Below are positions 28,345-37,682 of a DNA stretch of 64,000 nt, piece by piece (positions within the stretch are counted from its first letter, which is position 1; each line of letters starts with the position of its first letter). The stretch lies in the NCBI GenBank assembly GCA_026417575.1, contig JAOACZ010000101.1:48-64047 (forward strand), given 5' to 3'. Origin of the DNA: a bacterium. GTDB lineage: Bacteria; Auribacterota; UBA3054; JAPLST01. The position numbers were made by a program, and so were the translations under genes. The notes below the pieces were generated by a model. It was given only the letters and a program-made list of their open reading frames with translations. It was not told the DNA's origin and made no database searches.

Positions 28345-28432
28345 AGTAACATGAGCAGTATCGTCTCGGAACACGCAGATCTCAACCGGTAATCAGCGTC
28401 ACGATGCGGAGAAAAACGCAAGAATCAAATCT

Positions 28433-29368
28433 ATGGGGCTACGTATCTTAGTAACGGGCGGCGCAGGGTTTATCGGGAGCCACCTTTGTGAGCGGCTCCT
28501 CGACCAGGGTCACGACGTGTTGTGTCTGGACAATTTCTTCTCCGGACACAAGCGCAACATCGCGCCCTTCCTCCAACGGCCGAATTTTGAACTGATTCGC
28601 CATGACATAACTGTGCCCATTTTGCTGGAAGTTGACCAGATTTATAATTTCGCTTGCCCGGCCTCGCCGAAAGCTTATATGCAGAATCCAGTCAAGACTG
28701 TCAAGACATCAGTGATGGGCACCATTAACATGCTGGGGCTGGCAAAGCGTGTGAAAGCGCGTATTTTGCAGGCCTCCACCTCTGAGATTTATGGCGATCC
28801 CAAAGTCCACCCACAAGTTGAAAGCTACTGGGGCAATGTAAACCCGATCGGCATCCGCAGCTGCTATGACGAAGGTAAGCGGGTCGCAGAAACTTTGATG
28901 TTTGATTACCGACGCCAAAATAATGTCGACACGAAAATCGTCCGCATTTTTAATACGTATGGTCCGCGCATGCTGGAAGATGACGGCCGTGTGATCTCGA
29001 ACTTTATTGTCCAAGCCTTGCGCGGCGAGGATCTCACCGTCTACGGCGACGGCACACAAACTCGTTCGTTCTGCTATGTGGATGACTTAGTCGAAGGCGT
29101 CATTCGGATGATGAACACCGATGATTTCTTTGGCCCCGTCAATCTCGGCAATCCCACGGAATTCAAAATCATTGAATTGGCCGAACTAGTGCTGCGGCTC
29201 ACGCGCTCCCGCTCTCGCATTGTCTTTAAGCCGTTGCCCCAAGACGATCCCGTCCAGCGCCAGCCAGATATCACCCTCGCGCGCACGCGCCTCGGCTGGG
29301 AGCCAAAAGTGCCCCTTGAGGAGGGCTTACTCCGGACCATCGCTTATTTCACAAAACTGCTGCTGTAA
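28433..29368 (+). CDS. UDP-glucuronate decarboxylase (UDP-xylose synthase), SDR family
   Basis: 311 aa. [39 protein letters not shown]...STSEIYGDP...YDEGKRVAE. Confidence 0.85.
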   Translation: MGLRILVTGGAGFIGSHLCERLLDQGHDVLCLDNFFSGHKRNIAPFLQRPNFELIRHDITVPILLEVDQIYNFACPASPKAYMQNPVKTVKTSVMGTINMLGLAKRVKARILQASTSEIYGDPKVHPQVESYWGNVNPIGIRSCYDEGKRVAETLMFDYRRQNNVDTKIVRIFNTYGPRMLEDDGRVISNFIVQALRGEDLTVYGDGTQTRSFCYVDDLVEGVIRMMNTDDFFGPVNLGNPTEFKIIELAELVLRLTRSRSRIVFKPLPQDDPVQRQPDITLARTRLGWEPKVPLEEGLLRTIAYFTKLLL

Positions 29369-29384
29369 CACTGTTAGGTACCCT

Positions 29385-30707
29385 ATGGCACACCCCGCGA
29401 CCCAATCCATCACCCACCTTGAAACACTTCTTGCCACCCGGACCGCTCACATTGGTGTGGTCGGCCTTGGCTACGTGGGCCTACCGCTTGCAGTGGAATT
29501 TGCTAAAGCGGGGTTCCGTGTCACTGGGGTGGATGTGGACGCACACAAAGTTGCCCGGCTCAATCGTGGTGAAAACTATATTCAGGATGTGGATAGCACC
29601 ACCCTCCGTAAGCTGGTCAAGGACAAGCGGCTACATGCCACCACTGCCTTCCGCTCTGCACGCGCCTTCGATGCCGTCTCCATTTGTGTCCCTACCCCGT
29701 TGAGTAAAACCGGCGACCCAGACATCTCCTTCATCTTGCATGCGCGCGATGCCCTCCTGCCGCACCTACGCCCACCGCTGATCTTCATCCTCGAAAGCAC
29801 CACCTACCCAGGCAGCACCGATGAACTCATCGTTCCCAAACTCCAGGAACGTGGCTTCCGCGTCGGCCAAGATGTGTTCGTGGCCTTTTCTCCCGAACGT
29901 GTAGACCCGGGCAATCCCACCTACAAAACCCACAATACACCCAAGGTCGTCGGCGGCGTCACGCCCCAGTGTACCGCGCTCGCCGCACAACTTTACGGTA
30001 CGATCATTGAACGCGTCGTCCCCGTTTCATCCTGCACCACCGCAGAAATGGCAAAGCTGCTCGAAAATACTTTCCGCAGCATCAACATTGGCCTGGTCAA
30101 TGAGCTCGCAATTATGTGCAAGTATCTGAACGTCGATGTGTGGGAGGTGATTAACGCCGCGGCCACCAAACCGTTTGGCTTCATGCCCTTCTACCCGGGG
30201 CCTGGCCTGGGCGGTCATTGCATTCCCATTGACCCCCTCTATCTTTCCTGGAAGCTCAAAACGCTGAATTACAAAGCACGCTTTATTGAGCTCGCCGATG
30301 AAATTAATTCTTCCATGCCTGAGCACGTGATTACCTTGATTGCCGACGCCTTGAACGCCCGCAAGAAAAGCATCAACGGCTCCCGCATTCTTTTGCTTGG
30401 CGTGGCCTACAAGCGCGATGTGGACGACGTGCGTGAATCCCCCGCACTGGACATCTACGACGGCCTAAGGAAGCGGGGCGCTCACGTCGCCTACCACGAT
30501 CCTTACGTTCCTTCTCTCGCGTACGACAATATCAAGGCGCGCTCCGTGCCTCTCACACCCACGCTCCTGCGTGCGCAGGACTGTGTGGTGATTGTGACCG
30601 ACCACCGCGATGTTGATTATCGTATGGTGGTACGGGAAGCCAGCCTCGTTGTTGATACGCGCAACGCCACGAAAGAATTTCGCAGTCGCAACGTGGTGAA
30701 ATTATGA
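29385..30707 (+). CDS. Nucleotide-sugar dehydrogenase (UDP-ManNAc/GlcNAc/Glc 6-dehydrogenase family)
   Basis: Internal ATG. IGVVGLGYVGLPLAVEFAKAGFRVTGVDVD...GPGLGGHCIPIDP...LLGVAYKRDVDDVRESPA. Confidence 0.85.
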   Translation: MAHPATQSITHLETLLATRTAHIGVVGLGYVGLPLAVEFAKAGFRVTGVDVDAHKVARLNRGENYIQDVDSTTLRKLVKDKRLHATTAFRSARAFDAVSICVPTPLSKTGDPDISFILHARDALLPHLRPPLIFILESTTYPGSTDELIVPKLQERGFRVGQDVFVAFSPERVDPGNPTYKTHNTPKVVGGVTPQCTALAAQLYGTIIERVVPVSSCTTAEMAKLLENTFRSINIGLVNELAIMCKYLNVDVWEVINAAATKPFGFMPFYPGPGLGGHCIPIDPLYLSWKLKTLNYKARFIELADEINSSMPEHVITLIADALNARKKSINGSRILLLGVAYKRDVDDVRESPALDIYDGLRKRGAHVAYHDPYVPSLAYDNIKARSVPLTPTLLRAQDCVVIVTDHRDVDYRMVVREASLVVDTRNATKEFRSRNVVKL

Positions 30708-31783
30708 AACGGACGCGTGCAGGCGTTTCGCCGTCGGTGCGTCGCCCCCGCACCGCGCGCAATGCCTGCCGTGCGCTTGTACCCCTCGATACGGCCGAGA
30801 TCCTCGCCGTGCGCCTGCATGAGTGTGAGGAAAGCATCGCGGCCTTGCTGAGCACGGAACGCGCGCTGCGCCAGTATGCCGATGACGCGCGTGCCCACCG
30901 TGCCTGGCTAGCGGTAGCACTCGGCCCGCTGCACTCGGCGTTGCGCGAGGCTCAGGCCGCCTACCGTGCCGCCTACGTCCTGTATCGTCAGGCCATCGCT
31001 CGTCTCGGGGCCCGCCCAAGTATAAGTGACCAGCTCAACGACCTTCTCCACGGGCGGTCGTCGCAAGCGGAATACAACGAGCCCATCTTTTCCCCATCCT
31101 CAGACGATATGCCGGCCGATACCGACGGTTCTGCCACTGACGCTGCGCGCCGTGAACAGTTCATTGCTGCGCAAGCTGAGCACTTCGGACTAACCTATGA
31201 CCGCGTCGCAGCCAAGATCAAAGCACTCTACCGCCGCGTATGCCGTTTACTCCATCCCGATGCTAACGGTGCCATCCCCGATGAACTAGCCTGGCTTTGG
31301 GAGGAGCTGCAGTGTGCATACCACGCGGGTGACATAAAGGAGCTGTACCACTTGGAAACACGGGCGATGATTGTGCAACGGGTGTATCGTGTGTTCACGC
31401 GCGTCAGCGACGTGATCGCATTTACGGAGCGCGTCGAGCTCGCCCACGCTGCGCTGTGGGAACGAACGGAACTGTGCCGCACTCAGCCCGCTTGGGGCTT
31501 TCATGAATGGGATGACACGCGCAAACAGGCGGCGCGACACGCCGCGGAAAAACGTCTCCAAACCGCAATTGCCAGCCTGAAGGAGTTGACAGAGTACTAT
31601 CAGCATGCCACGGCTGAGCTTATGCGACGAACAACTCGCTCCCCCGCACCAGCCCAACCACACGCGCATTGTTTTGCTCGCCCGAAAGCATCTGTGATGA
31701 GTGATCCATCCGTGCCGCCGCGTCGGTCGTACTCCCGGAATAACACGTCCACGGCCGGGGTTCACCCCGAGTTCTCGTCTTGA
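30704..31783 (+). CDS. J-domain (DnaJ-like HPD motif) protein with coiled-coil N-terminus
   Basis: 359 aa. KIKALYRRVCRLLHPDANG...LWEELQCAYHAGDIKELYHLE, with HPD at nt 31253-31261. ATGA overlaps at both ends. Confidence 0.6.
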   Translation: MKRTRAGVSPSVRRPRTARNACRALVPLDTAEILAVRLHECEESIAALLSTERALRQYADDARAHRAWLAVALGPLHSALREAQAAYRAAYVLYRQAIARLGARPSISDQLNDLLHGRSSQAEYNEPIFSPSSDDMPADTDGSATDAARREQFIAAQAEHFGLTYDRVAAKIKALYRRVCRLLHPDANGAIPDELAWLWEELQCAYHAGDIKELYHLETRAMIVQRVYRVFTRVSDVIAFTERVELAHAALWERTELCRTQPAWGFHEWDDTRKQAARHAAEKRLQTAIASLKELTEYYQHATAELMRRTTRSPAPAQPHAHCFARPKASVMSDPSVPPRRSYSRNNTSTAGVHPEFSS

Positions 31784-33024
31784 ACATGCACCCCGCTCGC
31801 TCCCCTGCGCTGCCACATGCGCTTGCCTGGGTGAGTCTCGGCAACCTCATTAGCAAGGGGCTGATGCTCTTGGCAACCATCTTCGTCGCCAATCGCGTGC
31901 GCGAAGCGGGCTTCGGTGCACTCAATGTTGCATTTACGGTCGTCAGTTACTTGAGTTTGTTCGCCTTCGCCGGCGTCGACACGATCACAACCCGCGAGGC
32001 AGCCGCTCTCCCTCGCTCCCAGCTTGCTTCATTCGCCGGCCAGGTGGTCTGGTTGCGTGTGCTAATCGTCACAGCCCTTTTAGTAATCGCTGGAGCCCTC
32101 AGTACCCTCCTCGACGAACCCACAGGATGGCTGACGCGCCTGTATGCGCTTTCGTTCATCCCGCAAGTCCTCTATACAGTTAACTTATTTTACGGCGTCG
32201 AGTGGAGTTGGCCGATTACAGTTTATTTTATCGGTGGTCGCGTGGCATACGTGCTCCTCCTGCTATTTGTTGTCGGTGGGCCGGATGACCTGGCTCGCGT
32301 ACCGCTCGCGTTTGGCACAGCCATCGCGCTTGAAAACAGTTTTTTGTTCGTCCTTTGGTTGGCACGGTATGGATGCGTCTGGCGGGATTCCCTCGCGCGC
32401 TTACATTGGTGGCGCTGGCGTGCTGCAGTGCCAGTGAGTCTCGCCATGGCCGGCATGCTCTTGCACGAAAATGCTGCGTTATTCGTAGTATACATACTGC
32501 GCGGGGCAGCGGAAGCAGGCATTTACTCGGCTGCTTTTCGCCTCGTCTACGTCGCTATCAGTCTCACTCAACTGTGCAGCTATGTGTACCTCGCTCGGCT
32601 TACGCGTGTGGCCCAAGAACACGGACGTGTGAAACAACTCTATCGCCACGCGTTGCTGGCAGCGTTGGTCCTAGGCGCGGGCTTGGCAGCGGCTGGCACG
32701 CTGCTGGCTCGGCCTATCGTGCAAGGATTGTACCGTGCCGAGTACCGCCTCAGTGCCCAGGTGCTTGCATGGGGCGTTTGGCAAATGGCACTCGCACCAG
32801 TCCGTGTGATTGCTTTCCAAACCATCACCGCGAGCCGTGCCCATCGCGTATTGACGATCTCGGTATGGGGGGGTGTAGGCGCTAGCCTTTTGACCATTAC
32901 CGCCGCGGCACACTGGCGGGGGGCCGCAGGAGCGGCCCTCGGCACCGTCGTCGGCGAAACGATTCTTGCTCTGCTGCTCGCTTGCGTTGCCTGGCAACAG
33001 TTACCCGTTTTCGAGCAAAAATGA
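31780..33024 (+). CDS. Wzx-type oligosaccharide/polysaccharide flippase (MOP superfamily)
   Basis: 414-aa polytopic ORF (LGNLISKGLMLLATIFVANRVREAGFGALNVAFTVVSYLSLF...). Confidence 0.7.
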   Translation: MNMHPARSPALPHALAWVSLGNLISKGLMLLATIFVANRVREAGFGALNVAFTVVSYLSLFAFAGVDTITTREAAALPRSQLASFAGQVVWLRVLIVTALLVIAGALSTLLDEPTGWLTRLYALSFIPQVLYTVNLFYGVEWSWPITVYFIGGRVAYVLLLLFVVGGPDDLARVPLAFGTAIALENSFLFVLWLARYGCVWRDSLARLHWWRWRAAVPVSLAMAGMLLHENAALFVVYILRGAAEAGIYSAAFRLVYVAISLTQLCSYVYLARLTRVAQEHGRVKQLYRHALLAALVLGAGLAAAGTLLARPIVQGLYRAEYRLSAQVLAWGVWQMALAPVRVIAFQTITASRAHRVLTISVWGGVGASLLTITAAAHWRGAAGAALGTVVGETILALLLACVAWQQLPVFEQK

Positions 33025-34523
33025 TTACAGCACACAACAGCCCACCTGCCAGCCAGGTCGTGGTGATGCGCGCGGCTCAAGCTGCCTATCCCCAGCAGCC
33101 ACCCTTTCACCCACCCGAGCGTTATCCAGAATTGGCTTTCCTCCCAGTCGAACCTTGCGACTCACACAACGCAGTGTATCCGGCGGTGCGTGCCGCATTA
33201 CTCGCCCTGGGTACAGCTCAAGACAATCCGCTTGGCTGGCTCGTTCGCCCTGGCGATACTGTTGTCCTCAAACCGAATTTTATCCGCGAGGGGCATGAGA
33301 CGCGCCCTTGGGAATGGCAGCAGGTGATTACACACGGCGCTGTTATTCGCGCCGTGTGCGACTATGTGCTGCTGGCGTTGCAAGGGCGCGGGCGTGTCGT
33401 AATCTGCGACGCGCCGCAGACAGATTCATCCTTCGAAGAAATTTGTGCACGCACAGGCGTGTACGCCCTTGCGCAGTGGTATCAGCGCTGGTCGCCTGTG
33501 CCTGTGGATGTAGTGGATTTACGCGCGGAAGCCTGGCGATCCGCGGACGGCGTGGTCTATTCGCGCCAACGCTTACCAGGTGACCCGCGCGGTTACGTCG
33601 CCCTAAATCTCGGCAAGCTGAGTTATTTTCATGGCATCACACCCCCGCTGGGTTTTTACGGAGCCGACTACGACACCGAAGAAACACAGCGCCACCACCA
33701 TGACGATGTGCATGAGTACCTCCTCGCACGCACAGTGATGGACGCGGACGTGCTCATCAATCTGCCCAAGCTCAAGACGCACAAAAAAACTGGCTTCACG
33801 TGCGCCCTGAAAAATCTGGTCGGCATCAATGGTAACAAGAATTGGTTGCCACATTACATGCTGGGTACGCCCGAGGAAGGCGGCGACCAATTTCCCCTAC
33901 GTACGATGAAGGCCTGTTCCGAGCGCTTGATTGTTTCGTGGTTCAAGCGCCGAATTTTCCACGCCCCGGCCTGGCTGGTGCGCGCTCTCGTGCCGCTCAA
34001 ACAGCTTGGTCGCATCGTCTACGGCGATACTCAACACGTCATTAGAAGCGGGAACTGGCATGGCAATGATACCACGTGGCGCATGGCCCTGGACTTAAAC
34101 CTGTGCTGGTTCTATTTTGATCCCGCACGACAGCAATTCGATCCAACCCGCCCGCCACGCCGCTATCTTGCTGTTGTGGATGGGATTATCGCGGGGGAAG
34201 GCAATGGCCCCATGGCGCCGGATGCTAAGCCCTGTGGGGTCGTCCTCGCCGGCACAAATCCCGTAAGCGTTGACACGGTCTGCGCTTGGCTCATGGGTTT
34301 TGACCCCCACAAACTGCGCTTGCTTACCGGCGCCTACGAGCGACGCCCCTGCCCGCTTACGACGGTCACGCCAGAAGAGCTGCTAGTATGCAGCAACGAG
34401 CCGCGCTGGCAGGGAACGCTAGGCGAACTCGATCCCCACAGCAGCTTTCGTTTTACGCCACATTTCGGTTGGCGCGGCGTGATCGAGCGTATTCCCTCAG
34501 AGCAACCACACGTACGTCTGTGA
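33021..34523 (+). CDS. DUF362 domain protein (long form, cytoplasmic)
   Basis: ATGA-coupled start (MITAHNSPP...). DTVVLKPNFIREGHE...VITHGAVIRAVCDYVLLAL...VVICDAPQTDS...INLPKLKTHKKTG. 500 aa. Confidence 0.65.
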   Translation: MITAHNSPPASQVVVMRAAQAAYPQQPPFHPPERYPELAFLPVEPCDSHNAVYPAVRAALLALGTAQDNPLGWLVRPGDTVVLKPNFIREGHETRPWEWQQVITHGAVIRAVCDYVLLALQGRGRVVICDAPQTDSSFEEICARTGVYALAQWYQRWSPVPVDVVDLRAEAWRSADGVVYSRQRLPGDPRGYVALNLGKLSYFHGITPPLGFYGADYDTEETQRHHHDDVHEYLLARTVMDADVLINLPKLKTHKKTGFTCALKNLVGINGNKNWLPHYMLGTPEEGGDQFPLRTMKACSERLIVSWFKRRIFHAPAWLVRALVPLKQLGRIVYGDTQHVIRSGNWHGNDTTWRMALDLNLCWFYFDPARQQFDPTRPPRRYLAVVDGIIAGEGNGPMAPDAKPCGVVLAGTNPVSVDTVCAWLMGFDPHKLRLLTGAYERRPCPLTTVTPEELLVCSNEPRWQGTLGELDPHSSFRFTPHFGWRGVIERIPSEQPHVRL

Positions 34524-34693
34524 CCTCGCCGCTGCGCGCGAAGCCCATGTTAAAGCGGCAAAAAGACACATTAGCAGGACCGCCAGCTCAGCACTGCCAC
34601 CCGCGCATTCACTATTTTTCTAGAAGGACGCCAGCCGCTGCGACCGTATTTTCACGCTCATACGCTCTTCCACAATTCACGTCCACCTTCCTG

Positions 34694-35240
34694 ATGCAGG
34701 GCACCGGCCTCGGTGCCCAATTCTTCCCACACACCCGCCCCGCACGAACCCAACCGCCACGAATCGCCCTCCCAATCCTAAGGGCGGGAGCCGGCCGCGG
34801 CGACCGCCCCCCGCGCGCAACCACACCTCGCGCAAACTCATTCGTCATGAACCGCCACTTGCAGTCAACAAAAATTGTTCATTGAACGCGCGGGCCCGCC
34901 TGATAGAGCACATGCGAAAATTCTGAGCACTGAGGCCTGTGCCCCTCCACTGGATAGGTTTCGTAAATCGCATGCAGGCCCAATTTCACGCACCATTGCG
35001 GGCGCGGAGACCCTCACCCTTCGATAACTGGCGGCCGCTCAATTGCGTGCTGGCGATTGTGCGCGATGCATGCAGCCGCCCAGGCCGCCAATCCTCTACG
35101 AATCGGAGGGTTTTTGGTGTGAGAGAAGCGCGCAGCGCGATGGGCGAAGCCATGCAAGGACGTAGCCTCAACGCCGCAGCCCTGGATAAATTCATACGAC
35201 GCACAATGTCGTCTGCACTTGACAAAAAATGTTGACTGGC
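34694..35240 (+). repeat. Mosaic intergenic repeat, copy A (5' module internally duplicated; about 150-bp extra segment)
   Basis: Collinear with copies B and C. Shared landmarks are ATGCAGG.CCGGCC.CGG, TTGCAGTCAACAAAAATTG (34859-34877) and GTGCCCCTCC 80 nt later. The 3' part (34965-35015, 35178-35240) matches copy C. Confidence 0.7.
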
Positions 35241-35475
35241 AGAGGCGCTGACCGCAACGATTGAAAATCACTAACCTAGCGCACGCGCAGCTCCCCCTCG
35301 CTGGGTTGGCCGAGCGCCGATCAATCATGCTGCAGTAGGTCTTCGACTGTCTCGTCGTCGTTCCTTTGTAGGGTACGTTCGCGCGGAAGTGGTGACACTT
35401 GATGCCACTTCCTCATCACAGCACTTGCGGTGCCAATGTTGCGCAGCAACAGGCATAGCATTGTCGCGCCACATT

Positions 35476-35484
35476 TGCTACAAT
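35476..35484 (+). promoter_or_regulatory. Extended -10 promoter candidate (TGcTACAAT) giving an essentially leaderless response-regulator mRNA
   Basis: TGCTACAAT 35476-35484, then 9 nt (atcagccgt) to the ATG at 35494. No Shine-Dalgarno sequence. Weak -35. Confidence 0.45.
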
Positions 35485-35493
35485 ATCAGCCGT

Positions 35494-36168
35494 ATGCGTG
35501 TCTTGCTCATCGAAGACGACCAGACGCTCCGTGAGCATATCATCAAGCTCTTGCAGGAGGATGGGTATGCCTGCGATGCGGTGACCACGGCTGAGGACGG
35601 CAATTTCATGCTCAAAGAAAATGATTATGACGTGGTCATTCTGGACCTTTTGCTGCCGGACGGGTCGGGTCTGGATGTGTTGAAACACTTTCGCGCCACG
35701 GGCAAGGCAGTCCCTGTGTTGATTTTGAGTGCGCTAGGCGGGGTCCATGATCGTGTCGGTGGGTTGGACCTAGGTGCGGATGATTATTTAGTCAAGCCAT
35801 TCGAGCCAGCGGAATTGCTGGCGCGCGTACGTGCACTGGTGCGGCGCCGCTATCAGCAGCCTGATCCGATCGTGCGCTGTGGGAACCTTACCATCAATAC
35901 CCGCACACGCGAAGTAACCCGCGGCCGTCGACGCATAGAGCTGAAGCCGAAAGAATACGCCGTGCTCGAGGTGCTCGCGCGCAATCTTGATACCCCGGTC
36001 ACCCGTACGATGCTCTGGGAGCATATTTACGACTGGGATTACGACGGCATGAGCAATACTGTTGACGTCTACGTCAGCCGTCTGCGCAGCAAAATCGACG
36101 TAGAAGGCGAAAAACCCCTCATCCATACCGTGCGCGGCGTCGGCTACATGCTGAGCGCTAACCGGTAG
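35494..36168 (+). CDS. OmpR-family response regulator
   Basis: Internal ATG. MRVLLIEDDQTLREHI...VILDLLLPDGSGLDVL...winged-helix C-terminus (RRRIELKPKEYAVLEVLA...VDVYVSRLRSKID). Confidence 0.9.
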   Translation: MRVLLIEDDQTLREHIIKLLQEDGYACDAVTTAEDGNFMLKENDYDVVILDLLLPDGSGLDVLKHFRATGKAVPVLILSALGGVHDRVGGLDLGADDYLVKPFEPAELLARVRALVRRRYQQPDPIVRCGNLTINTRTREVTRGRRRIELKPKEYAVLEVLARNLDTPVTRTMLWEHIYDWDYDGMSNTVDVYVSRLRSKIDVEGEKPLIHTVRGVGYMLSANR

Positions 36169-36169
36169 C

Positions 36170-37672
36170 ATGCGCCTGCGCCGCACCCTCTACGGCACGA
36201 TCATCCGTTGGTACACGCTGTGCACCGTCGCGGTGCTCATCGTCTACACGGTGATTCTGCACGAAGAGATTGAACGCGGACGGCGTGTCCCCTTTGACGT
36301 GCAACTTGACGCTCACGGCGCCCGCGTGGCCTCGTGCTTGTACGCTGATCAAGGCATGCTGGATCTCGTGCATTTGCCTGTGCACGAGCTCACTAACGCC
36401 ATATTTGCGGTGTACGACATGGCGTGGCAGCCTTTGCTTGTCTCGATGCCGTGGTATTATGTGCGCTGGCGGACTAATCATCTTGCCCAAGCGGAATTTG
36501 CAGAGCGGATCGCCGCTGGTAAGCGCTATCACGGGCGCCTGCGCAACGCTCTCGGCCAGGATATGCGTGTGAGCCTCACTTGCGCGCACGTACCTCCTCT
36601 GCCGCGCAGCCTGGGAGGCAGCACGACTAACGCCTCTCCCCTGCGCGTGTACGTAATCACAGCCAACGTCTACGAGCCGATCAAGGAATTTGTGTGGCGC
36701 CAGAAATATCGTGCCGCGGCGGCGGTAGTGGTCGTCTCGCTTGCTGCGCTTGGTTCTGGCGTCATTTTAGCGCGGCGTGGCCTGCGGCCGATCAAGCGCT
36801 TGACCCGCATTGCCCAGCTCGTCACACCGGAAGACGCGCGCACGCGCCTGCCTGTCAGCACCCTGCCGGAAGAGCTGCGTGAACTAGCCCAGTGCGTCAA
36901 CGCGGCTTTCGATCGGCTGGGCACGGCCCTGCTAGCCGAACGTACGTTCACCTCAGCCGCCGCGCATGAACTCCGTTCCCCCTTGGCCAATTTGATCGCC
37001 CGCCTGGATGCGCTCCTCCAGCGCACAGATTTGCCTGACGACCTGCGCAACCAGCTGAGCGTCGTACGCGAAGAGGCCGCGCGGCTTACCCGCATTACCG
37101 GTCAACTTCTCCTTCTCGCCCGTCTGGATCGCGCGGCAGCGGGTGAATCCTTCCCAATGACCGAGGTGGACGTGGAAGAGTTAGTGCGCGATGTGGCAGA
37201 TTCGTTAGAGCCAAGTGTGCGCGAAAAACACCTCAACGTCGAAATCCAGGCCGACGCGGGAACGCGCGTGCGCGGGCACGAAGAATGGCTCCTCCGCGCT
37301 GTTTACAACGTCTTTCACAATGCGATTAAATTCTCTCCGCCGCACGGCCATCTCCAGGTGCATATCACGCCCACCGCTGACGGCAAACGTGTGTTGCTCA
37401 GCGTGAGCGACGAAGGCCCAGGCATCCCCGCCGAGGAACGCCAACGCGTGTTCGACCGCTTCTATCGCGGTGCAAGTGCCTTGGGAACAGAAGGTAGTGG
37501 CCTGGGGTTGGCCATTGTTGCCGATATTGTGCGCGCACATCACGGCGAGGTGTTTCTTAGTACCGGGCCAGGCGGGCGAGGTACGACGATCACTCTCATC
37601 CTTCCGTGTGATCCGCGCAATGCGCCGCCTGCGAAGCGGCCGCAAGCCGCAGATGTCCGTCCCCTCACGTAA
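36170..37672 (+). CDS. Sensor histidine kinase (two TM segments, periplasmic sensor, HAMP, HisKA, HATPase)
   Basis: 500 aa. H-box FTSAAAHELRSPLANL, N-box FHNAIKFSP, G-boxes DEGPGIP and GSGLGLAIV. Starts 1 nt after the regulator stop. Confidence 0.9.
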   Translation: MRLRRTLYGTIIRWYTLCTVAVLIVYTVILHEEIERGRRVPFDVQLDAHGARVASCLYADQGMLDLVHLPVHELTNAIFAVYDMAWQPLLVSMPWYYVRWRTNHLAQAEFAERIAAGKRYHGRLRNALGQDMRVSLTCAHVPPLPRSLGGSTTNASPLRVYVITANVYEPIKEFVWRQKYRAAAAVVVVSLAALGSGVILARRGLRPIKRLTRIAQLVTPEDARTRLPVSTLPEELRELAQCVNAAFDRLGTALLAERTFTSAAAHELRSPLANLIARLDALLQRTDLPDDLRNQLSVVREEAARLTRITGQLLLLARLDRAAAGESFPMTEVDVEELVRDVADSLEPSVREKHLNVEIQADAGTRVRGHEEWLLRAVYNVFHNAIKFSPPHGHLQVHITPTADGKRVLLSVSDEGPGIPAEERQRVFDRFYRGASALGTEGSGLGLAIVADIVRAHHGEVFLSTGPGGRGTTITLILPCDPRNAPPAKRPQAADVRPLT

Positions 37673-37682
37673 GGAGTACACC

